Both the position numbers and the translations under genes were made by a program. Below are positions 54,526 through 64,000 of a stretch of 64,000 nucleotides of DNA, piece by piece. The notes under the pieces are model-generated. The model was not told the DNA's origin. It was given only the letters and a program-made list of their open reading frames with translations, and searched no databases. The number at the start of each line of letters is the position of its first letter. Positions within the stretch are counted from its first letter, which is position 1. The stretch lies in contig CM082579.2 of NCBI GenBank assembly GCA_040954595.2, forward strand, positions 12,277,834 to 12,341,833, given 5' to 3'. The DNA is from Balanoglossus misakiensis (lineage: Eukaryota > Animalia > Hemichordata).

Positions 54526-57282
54526 TTCTGGAGTGACTAGCAATTTTTGCAAATTGTACTATTAATTGAATTCATAATTTAATTATTAGTTTTTTTCAAT
54601 GAAATATTCAAATCCATACAACCCAAAGATGGCTCCTTCATTATTTCTATGGAAATTTCACAGTTTATTCTTTTCTTTCTGCACACTCGCAAACATCTTG
54701 AAAATAATCATAGAAAAATATCGAAATATATTGTACTGTGAACAAAACACTAATTTCCTTGAAAAAAGTTTAAAAAACGGCTACTTTTCGGAAATTGGAA
54801 AATGTTTTCTATACTGTTGCTATGTTAGTAATCTTGATATTGGTACTCTTGAACCCATTCTGACAGCAGAAGGGAAACAGGTAGGTTTGAAACGTAACAT
54901 TGAAGAGTTACTTGTTAAGATTGCCAATCTGTATTTACAAATGAAATCAACCCAGCCAGACATTCTTAACTGGTTTGATAGACATGAAGGTAACTTCCAG
55001 ATTAGTATAGGTGCTGATGGTGCACCATTTGGAAAACATGGCCAAGCTACTGCCTGGTTGGTCAGTTTTTTTTAATGTTGGACATCGTGTTGCAAGCCCA
55101 GATGATAATTTTCTACTGTTGGGGGCAAATCTCAAAGAAGATGATCCGATTATGATTGACTATGCACATTCATTATCAAAAGAGCTGGATTGTATCCAGA
55201 GACGTAAATACAATGTTGGCAATCTTTGTGTGACTTTCCAAGTTTCGCTCTTGCCTTTTGATCAGAAAGGTTTAGCTTCAATGTCTGGGGAGCTTTCCAA
55301 TGCTGCACGGTACTTTAGCTCTTTTGCTAATGTTTCAAAGTCAGATAGAGATTGTATTGGAGCAGATATTGGTCCAGGTAAAACATGGCAAGAATGGTCA
55401 TATGACAAACGCATTAAAGATGTTGAAGCTGTGGAGAAATTCAAATCGCAACCAAAAAATAGAGATGGCAAGCCAAAAACTGTGCTGCCAAAAGTCACTA
55501 AATTTATAGCCAGTAGAAAATCCAGACAGGAATGTGTACCCCCTCTTGGTCGATTTATCGACTGTGCTAAAGTTGAACCATTGCACATGAAAAACAATGC
55601 ATGGCAGTACTATTTCCAGATGTTGTTGATAGATGCAGTTGCTAACACTTCACAAACAGATGTTGATAAGGGAGTTAAGATTGAAAATCTCCCAAAGGAG
55701 TCTTGTCTATACAAATTCCTGTCTGCATTAAAATACCAAGTGAGAGCTGGAAAACTGTACAACAAAATTGGAAAGTTCTTTAGTGAAAACAATGCAAAAT
55801 CACTTTCTCAAATAAGTGCTGTTTATCGCTTTACTGGGGAAGAGTCCCGTAAGCTAGCATGGAAATTCATGTCACTGATTAAGACACTCATGGGTGATAA
55901 AGATAGTGTAATAAAGCGGCGAGCTCGATTGGCTCTTTTCACATATCTTGGGTTGATGCTGAGGGATATTACCTTGCTCTTTTCAAGGATTAATCTGAGT
56001 GAATGGGATTTACTTGTCCTGAAACAGAAATATACATGGTACTTTTACCTCCATTCACTATTTTTTTATGTAAATAATACTGTTTGGCATATTGGATACG
56101 CAGTACCTAAACATGCAGCAAGTGTGTATCAGCAATTCAAACTTGGTTTGGGGTTGAATACTATGGAAGGTCGAGAAGCAAAACATCTGCGTCTTCTTGA
56201 ATTGAGTAAGAATTTCACTCCTCAGAACAGGTGGACCCTCATATTCCGCCATAAATACACAATGCTGTTTTGGCTAAGAGAAAGAAATCCAGAAGCAGAC
56301 AAATATAGGCGGGCCAATCTAGTTCAGTATGAACTTAAAGAAAGAGAAAAATATATACCCAGTCTGTACTATGACAGTGCAGGTTACTGTATGTGTGGTA
56401 ACATGAAAGATGAAGCAGTGTCTGCATGTAAAATTTGTAATGACCCAGTTATGGCTGAAATAAAACAAGCAGCAGTGTCTGGCAAGCTGAGTAATAAACT
56501 GAAGAAAATTGTTCTGTGAAGTGTTATTGCCCTTCTGTGCAAAATGTTTCCTGTTTCAGTGTTTTTAACTTACCGTGTTGAAATGTTGTGAATGTCAAAT
56601 TGAAATGAATGATATTATTAACATGTATTAAACTGGAATTAAACTCTGCCACAGTTCTGTGTTCACAACTGTTACAACAGATGCATGTCAGGCCATTGTA
56701 ACAAAACGGTATATATGCAACATCATGAACTTCAGTATACTCACAGTGTACATAAACATGTCATGATTCTGATACAACTGCATGTTATCTGTACTAACAC
56801 AAACCTTAAATGCAGGGTTAATGTGAAATTCTATTACAGTCTAAATGAATTGATTTGAAAGGTTTGTGTCTTAAGTCTATCATATAACAATAATATTGAA
56901 TATAATTATAAGATTTCCTTGCTAAATAATTAACGATAATCAGAATACATTAATTTAATTTAGTTAAAATCACAATAAGTTAACTTTCAAATCCCATGAA
57001 TTGTATATATCAAATTGAATGATTTTATATTTATTGAATGCTGAGAAAGTTAAATGCAATTTATAATGAAATTCATGACAATTCCTTGTGCTTCTGCTGT
57101 ATTGCATGTAATGTTGATTGTTGGAATTGAATAAAGACAATACTACTTCATTTTCAATCTACTGTTTTTATTTCTTAATTAATGAGAACACAACACCGAC
57201 AAACTGTATATATTGACTGAAAGTGTCAAGAATATTGGACAGAAGGCCAATTTTGCATTAGACTTGCAAAGTTACTGATGTT

Positions 57283-57936
57283 CTAGTTCTCTGAGTGCAT
57301 TGGAATGCTGTGTTTATTCCAGGCTCCAAAGCAAAAGTTGACCACAACAGATTCCCTGTTCATGTAGTATTTGACAATACACGGCTTTGTTTCTGTGCAT
57401 ATGACAGCCACTCGCTTTCCTTTGACCACTCTCGCCAGCACATTCTCCTTATCTTCGGGTCCGAGATTTCTGTCAGCACAGCAACCTCTCCGCAGGACGT
57501 AAGTCAGCTTCAATAGGTTGGTAAAGGTCAAGGTTACGATGGCCTTCGACGTCTTCTCATGGATCCCAAAACTATTCCGAGTGGCGTCATGATGAAATAC
57601 AGCAAACACTTCCTTGGGCATTTGTCTAGAAAAGCCGCTTTTCCAAGGCGATCTCCACGAAGGTGAGGCTGACAGGCGTGCGTGGAAACAACGCAGCCAG
57701 TGACCCATTTCACGTTGGAAAATAGGGAATACCGCAACATCTCGATAACGAATTTTGTCTTTTGTAATCTTGTCGTTCCTCAGTAGAACCCTTTTGGCTG
57801 AATCGGACAATTCATCAAACAGGGAATGTACATGTATAACATCCAACATACATTTTCGACGCAGAATTAATGACTTAGCAGCTCGTAATTTGCGCTGTAT
57901 GATTTTCTCCGTATCAACCAACACGGCCGCCGCCGT
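57283..57936 (-). CDS. Unknown basic ~215-aa protein, convergent partner gene of the RAG1-like transposase
   Basis: An intron-less open frame inside the element, starting ~75 bp from its right end. The context CAAG-ACG-GCG-GCG-GCC looks like CAAGATGGCGGCG with ATG changed to ACG. No kelch or PHD pattern is visible. Confidence 0.6.
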   Translation of the reverse strand, partial: TAAAVLVDTEKIIQRKLRAAKSLILRRKCMLDVIHVHSLFDELSDSAKRVLLRNDKITKDKIRYRDVAVFPIFQREMGHWLRCFHARLSASPSWRSPWKSGFSRQMPKEVFAVFHHDATRNSFGIHEKTSKAIVTLTFTNLLKLTYVLRRGCCADRNLGPEDKENVLARVVKGKRVAVICTETKPCIVKYYMNRESVVVNFCFGAWNKHSIPMHSEN

Positions 57937-60900
57937 CTTGGAAAAAGCGTTGCTACGGTGATGGCGGCAATCGCGCTTCGCAGAATACTGCTCAAACTAC
58001 AGTGGCTCTGGCCTTTTGCATCCTAATATGAAAGCAGGATAAAACAACTCATTTTATCTAAATTTCTTCAAATTCAGTTATGGGCCATAATTCGCATTAC
58101 ATGTTGAACAAAGTGAAATATTTGATTGATTTTTAAAAAAATGAAATAAATTAATAAATGTAAATTCTGTTGTATAATTACGCCAAACTGAGTACAATTG
58201 TTGTCATTGAAAATATGTTCAGTGAGACAATAATGACCCATAACTAGTATTCGATGAAATTTAGGTATTTTGTTAGGTATTGATGCAGTTTATCTGTTAA
58301 GAAAACAAACAGTGAGTTACTGTGGGATGAACCTGTTCAGGTGGTGAGCACATTAATCAGTTTGCTGTCTGTTACCAGATAACAAGTTGCACGTAACTGT
58401 GTCGAAGTTGAGTAATTTTTTTATACAGATGTTGAGGATTTTTTGTCACGGATTTAACTAAGAGGGTGCTAATCACCCAATGGTACTCACACCCAATCAT
58501 TCTCATATCAGACTCACTGATAAAAGACATGAATGCAATTTAATAACTACCGTAATATATGGAACAGTGTCATTCAACCGAATTTTTAATTAATCGCGAA
58601 TTTTGAGGTTTAATTTTGTAAAGATGTGGAGAAAAATTCGGAGGTATTGTTTTCACACATATTCATTGTAAAAATTTTAATTAGACACCGCACACTGAGA
58701 CAAGGTATATCCAAAGTAGTGTGAATTGTATTGATAAATGCGATGAACGCCTTTCCAAATCAAACAAAAACACTTTTATAAAGCACTCAAAATAGAAAAA
58801 CACATTCCTAGTCTTCTATGCAACTGCGCGGTCAGTGGCTACTTATTTGCATTTTAAAATGAAAGCATGTTAAAAATGTTTATGTGGCATCTAGATAACC
58901 TAGTTCAACTTATACAGGATGTTAAGTGGTTTAAGTTGAACAAATTCATGTGATAACCTGAAAAAAAAAGAAAACTCTTATTGTTTACTTATAGTTTAAC
59001 CACATCAATATCTAAAAAGAACACATGCATAATTCTCCGTGCAAAGACAGACATATCAATTGCTATTTATTTGCATCCTAAAATAGAAGCAGAAAAATAC
59101 TTAATTACTAAACATTTACATCAAACACCAATTCCAGTCCTTATTCTCTGTCGACGCTTAATGCACCAACAGCAAATCAAGCAAATTGGCAAGATATATC
59201 AACTATGAAATATCAAGTCATACACTTCTACATATTTTTCCACTGAACTCACTTATTTATCAACTAATTTTTCTCCATACCTTTACACAATTAAACATCA
59301 AGATTCGCGATTTATTAAACATTCGGTTTATTGTCACTAATCCATATATTAGTTTTTAAATTGCACTCATGTCTTTTACCAGTGTGTCTGATACGAGAAT
59401 GATTGGGTTTGAGTACGATCGGCTGATTAGCGCCCTCTAAGTTCAATCGGATAAATCCTCAACACCTTTATTTATAAAACTCACTCGACCTTGACTCACT
59501 ACTCTAGCTATTTGTAGCACACCAGCTCAGTGAACAGGTTAATCAAACTCTGACTGTTTGTTTCTTTAACAGATAAACCACATAAACACAAACGATTATA
59601 TAAAATGAAAATGATTAAAATAGTTCAAAGATGAGATAAAAAGACCTGATCTACATTTGCAAGTGTATTAAGCTGAACTTTCCATGCCACATGTCTAAAG
59701 AGTCAAACAAATTCATGAGATAACCACCTGAACAAATAAAAACTGATATTTTTTACTCACATTTAAACCGCATCAAAGTCTAAAGTAACGTACCTAATTC
59801 TCTGTGCAAATGTGGACATTGATGTATATTTGCATCCAAAATTGACACCAGGATAAAAACTCCCTGGACATATAGCAAACCAATTAAATTCAAAAGGTTT
59901 ACAAACTAAAACAAATTCGCTAATGTTTCGAATTTTTTAATTGTGTTCGTGTCTTTTACCAGTGCGTCCACTATGAGTGCGATTCGCTGACGAGCGCCCC
60001 TTAAGTTCGAGCGGAAAAGTCTTCAAACACGACAGCTAAAAAATAACTCATCATTGACAATTGTTTATGACTCACTTGGTAACATGCATCCTGTTAAAAG
60101 TGTCAGATAGCAAAGTGATTCATGTGATCACCATCTGAATTAGTTAAGCCTACTGTCTGTGTACTTAACAGACAAACCACATCGATATCTAAAAACACAT
60201 ACCTAGTTCTCTGTGCAAAGCCAGACGTATCAATCGCTATGTTTGTATGCATACTGTGCATACATGACATTGCCGGTTGTCATGCTGATAGCGCCCTCTA
60301 TGCCCAAGTGAGAATTCCATCAAAATAGAAAGCTTTAATCAAAAGATCACTCAACATAGATAATTATTCATTTTTCATGGTCTGTTTTTGTCTTTATATA
60401 CTGGAACATCAGATTTTGCTTCATTTGAGATTTACATTTCTTCATTTTTGAAGAAAATATAGCAAGAGACTGAAAGAATATCCAGAGCAATCTGTAATAC
60501 AGGTTTTTGCATGCCAAGCCAGTCACCACCCACTCACTCACTCCACTTCACCATATCCATGCTGGTATATTTGTAGAATATTTCGTAAGTACACTGCTGC
60601 CAAACATCAGGTAGAAGATCGCCCTCTATTTTCAAACATGAATAATCTCAAGCTTTGACAGCTATAGTTGCCCAACAATTCAGCAATTAGTCTGTCAAAC
60701 ATTACATTACTCATCACTTGAGTCGAAATTTATGCTGGAATGGGGAAGTTAGTCTTGCTCCAGACTGTGATACTGAAATGGGCGTCCTTATTATGTATAG
60801 AACGTCCCGTGGACATGACGCTAATCATTCTATTCCTTATTGACCGGCACAGCAACTGTCATAGAGTCTATATGTGGGAGTATGCACTGCACTGAACGTC

Positions 60901-61634
60901 AGAGGGGAAATTGCATAGAGAACACTTACTTTTAATTTCATTTCAAGTGCAGTGTATAAGAACAGATCAGTGAATGCATTATGGACCTTACAGAACGTTC
61001 ACGCTCACTTCTGTCTTGAGCAATGCAACTTGATGAGATTCCAACCTTGTATTCATAGTGGTATCACAGCTGAAAGAATGTGATTGTTATAATTCCACAA
61101 TCATTTTCTTGGTACTTGGTAATGTTTGCTATTAATTCATTTGACAATACAATAGACAATAAAAGAGGTGACAATTTTGTTTTATGATCTCTCAACGGAG
61201 AAGAAGGTAATTAAGACACAACACCCCGGGCATACAAATACACATTGTATGGAGAGCCACTATTTCATAGAGACACATGCATGGGTAAACAGAAAAGGGA
61301 AATAAATGAATGCAGTCACTGAGACCATAATGTCTAAGTAATTCGGCACCTCCGTTGTGTGTTCTATCCTAACACTCAAATTAGTTGGTTCTTTGGCACT
61401 GACCATGTTATATATAAAACTTGTTCGTACTGTACAAAAAATAAGACGCAACAAAATGCAGCAAAATGTTACCCACTGAAAGAGTTGAACTTCAAGCCTC
61501 AGAAAGACAATCACAATGTTCATGAACATTTTGGGAAAAAAGTAAATTGTTCTCTCGAGACAAGTAGGTCAGAGAGCTCATTTTCACTGTGAGGAGCAAC
61601 TATTTGAGGTGTTTGCCATTCCATCTGTTTCATA

Positions 61635-64000
61635 TTAGGACAGATTGGTGTGCAAGGAACTCACACTGTCCCTTTTGATGGTTGACAATTGGCTGAAAGA
61701 CAAACAAAAAAGAGAGAAGAGATAAATACAGCGTCATAGTTTAACACAAGTAGTTCAATCTCCACCCATATATTCAGAAAGGCATGTCTGTACCTAGCAA
61801 TGTCTGTTCGATTAGATCATAAATAATACTTTATAAAGAACACTACATGAAACAATGAAAATGCATGAAGGCACCACTCTTTGCGTATAAAGAAGGAAGG
61901 GATTATGAGATGTAGCTAATGCCTTCTTCTCACAGAGTTTCAAGGCACTGAAAAAAACACCATTTGCAAATGATCAATTGAACCGGAGTTCAATGAGAAC
62001 TGACAATCCAAAACTGCATGCATGGCTGCCCATGTGTCAGTTAATAGCACTCTCTAACAAAATAAACTTTAAACTCCACGCCAACCTTAGTCCCATCCCA
62101 TCCAAAATTTACAATTTTAATCCACTCACAACAAATAATTCCAATTAGACTTCTTAATAAAACAGATACATTCTATGACAAATTTGGAATAAAAAAGGCA
62201 ACTTCTCATATTTTTTTCTCTACACACATTGCACGTACACTCATCTCTCTACATGTATAAGATAAATTCTACCCCATGCCACAAATGACTTGTAGTAGAG
62301 ATTACTACCATGACTGTGAATGACATCAATGAATGAATGAATGTGACTGGATCAAACATACCCGCAGACGTTCCACTGACTCAACAAACTCACTGTTGAC
62401 TTGAGAAAATTGTCCAAAATACATGCAAAGGTACAGGGCTGACTCAGAGAAAATTTTAGAAATCCCAGATTTAACTCAAAGTTTTTAAATATGTTTGTTA
62501 GAGGGCACACTGCATAACGGTATTACTATGTGAAATAAATTGAGTGCTACTGGGAACAGAATAGTTACCAGAAGTACTGTGCTTTCTTGTAAAGGTCGCG
62601 CTGGGTATAAAGGGTTGCAGCAACGCCCAAAGTCGCAATACATATTCAACTACAAACTTACCCTAAATTTTTCTAAACTTTGTAGAAATGTTCCAAGCAG
62701 TTCTACAATGTCCTCACCATGAGTGATCACCACACGCAGGAAATTCTGCTGGAGCTGCCGACTTGTGATGATACTGTCAAATTAATTAAAATTATGACCT
62801 AACCCTTCACCACCATGGTTCAGTCCAAACCCATTATTTTCTATGGTAATGTTGGACCTCTAAAGAGGGAACTGGGGGTGAAAGGGTTAAAGTAGGGGAC
62901 TATCCAGATTCAGTGCATGGTTCTCATATTCCATAGCTTTACATGTATATGTAGACTTTTGAAAAAAAAACAATGTTGTATAGAGAACACAATGTCACCA
63001 TGCTTGATTTTTTATAGAGCTGTTCGGAAATGTTTCATCATAGAAAATCTATAGCATGAGGATGTAAAGAAAGACCCCCTAACTGAAAATGGATTTGTAT
63101 TAAAAATTCATTGAAATACAATAAATATCAAAATCAGGAAAATGATAAGATTCTAAATTATGAGTAAGTCCTCTACCATTAATAATTAAAAAAGGAATAA
63201 GAATGCTGTTCCTAGCAAATTTTAGTGATTACCATGTGTAAAATGTGAAAATAAAAGTCATGTAAATGTTTTTCAGAGATAACGATGCAGTTGTGAAATA
63301 CGAAGCCATCAATGGTCATCACCACAATACATCTTTACTTACCATTACCTTTATATGTATTTCTCCAAAGTTCACGGATTTAATAATTTCTTCCATCTTC
63401 ATGGAATGGTACTTCTTAATGGCTCTGAAACAGAAAAACAAACCAAACAATAAAATCTATGCAAACATGTCTACAAACATCAGCATAGTTTACTTAATCT
63501 TTAAGGCATTTACAGTTCACACCCTCTCATGATTACTAAAAGCTTTCTTACCTATTAAGTGATTTGTAGTACATATCCAAGTCACTGCTTGCAACTCATT
63601 GATCTGAAAGAAGTAGAAAATAACAAACCTGCGTTCACTGATGTCAGTGTTCACACTCTAATGGCATGCTTATTACAGTACCGTATTAAACAGAAGAAAT
63701 ATACTGATCAACACAGACTTATATCAATGCGGACACAAACTAACCGTTCTCCATTCTCCTGTCAACTGAAAAACTACAGGCGGGACATACAATCACCGTT
63801 TGTCCACCAGAATACTATGACAATGAACATTTTCAACAGAAGTACAATTTGTCATGATAACATCAATTAATTTAATTCAAAGTATAAAAACACTCCTGGA
63901 ATTCAACAAACTCGTCTCTCAAAAAAGATACAAGATGCACGACTCACCCTCAACTTAACCATCTTCTCGCGATGCTTCTCCTCCGCATCTCTGTATATAT
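61635..64000 (-). pseudogene. RAD50: RAD50 3' end, unprocessed pseudogene (exons 63948->64000, 63552-63603, 63343-63424, 62662-62773, 61635-61692)
   Basis: YRDAEEKHREKMVKLR | ..ASSDLDMYYKSLNR | AIKKYHSMKMEEI../RELWRNTYKGN | IITSRQLQQNFLRVVITHGEDIVELLG/FYKV*KNLG | QLSTIKRDSVSSL match the RAD50 C-terminus in order with GT-AG sites. There are several frameshifts and a stop, and the signature/Walker B exons were not seen. Confidence 0.85.
62799..62891. mobile_element. Tiny TIR MITE (piggyBac-like CCCT ends)
   Basis: TAACCCTTCACC ... GGTGAAAGGGTTAA. Confidence 0.5.

Larger units (their letters stand above)
52131..54818. mobile_element. Nested non-autonomous TIR element, 4-bp TSD GCTA
   Basis: GCTA at 52127-52130 and 54819-54822, TIR AACAGTATAGAAAACATTTTCCAATTTCCGAAAA at both ends. 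Excision restores KVVR-YVSNLDIG of the transposase. Confidence 0.9.
51222..56519 (+). pseudogene. RAG1/Transib-like DDE transposase (exon ~51222-51372; main exon 51603-52130 + 54823-56519), disrupted by an insertion and two +1 homopolymer shifts
   Basis: Motifs in RAG1 order: LSRREQYERR, LPKRKY, GADGAP (D at 55016), PFDQKGL (D at 55260), VEPLHMKNN, RFTGEESRKL, GLGLNTMEGREAKH (E at 56175), C-terminal CMC..CKIC. Removing the insertion and one base each from A7 (51934-51940) and T8 (55066-55073) gives 740 codons to the stop. Confidence 0.75.
50954..58013. mobile_element. Two-gene RAG1/Transib-like DNA transposon (ends approximate)
   Basis: The satellite stops at ~50953 and resumes at 58014. The ends share GGCC and TG(G/A)GCAGTATT(T)CTG..GCGCG in inverted orientation. 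Two convergent genes lie inside. Confidence 0.75.
33250..60250. repeat. Large complex satellite-like field of shuffled AT-rich modules in both orientations
   Basis: Recurrent modules such as TATTTGCATTCTAAAATGAAAG, CAACTGATACAGAATGTCTCCACTTGGCAAAAATC and CACCTGAACAGGTTAATCCCACAGTGACTCA. Almost no ORFs occur outside insertions. Confidence 0.85.

Noticed and set aside
53890-54565. CRISPR-like array or repeat protein (SHSLSVWKFPTTDPCQCLEIS)
   Set aside because: Contiguous 69-bp units with no unique spacers, no cas genes and a eukaryotic context. The ORF is open only because 69 is a multiple of 3 and the unit has no stop in that frame.
51603-56519. Gene symbol RAG1
   Set aside because: Similarity is motif-level only. 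RING, ZnC2 and ZnH2 ligands are not seen and the gene lies in a transposon.
57283-57924. RAG2-like call for the convergent ORF
   Set aside because: No kelch repeats (GG motifs) or PHD finger are visible, and it is too short.
60540-60720. Possible additional exon
   Set aside because: Splice-like signals are present, but I found no consistent open frame or recognisable protein.

Overview
Eukaryotic, AT-rich, repeat-dense animal DNA with GT-AG introns and TTAGGG telomeric repeats. The repeat landscape suggests a marine invertebrate, but the species cannot be determined from the window. Host genes: two tandem IFI44-like P-loop GTPase paralogues on + (last two exons of one at 11.6-12.7 kb; a largely complete 8-exon model at 18.9-30.7 kb) and a decayed, intron-containing RAD50 3' end on - (61.6-64 kb). 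The rest is mobile DNA: L2, Tx1 and RTE LINE remnants, a Gypsy remnant, TTAA-targeting Kolobok derivatives, TIR MITEs, hairpin-ended Crypton/Helentron-like elements, and a ~27 kb complex satellite-like field (33-60 kb). The most notable item sits in that field: a ~7 kb element (about 50954-58013) encoding a spliced RAG1/Transib-like DDE transposase of roughly 790 aa once reconstructed. It lacks the canonical RAG1 zinc ligands and is paired tail-to-tail with a ~215-aa gene that does not look like RAG2. The transposase is interrupted by a 2.7 kb TIR element with a 4-bp TSD and inverted arrays of a 69-bp unit carrying GGAAATTTCC palindromes. All family assignments come from reading motifs by eye; no database searches were run.
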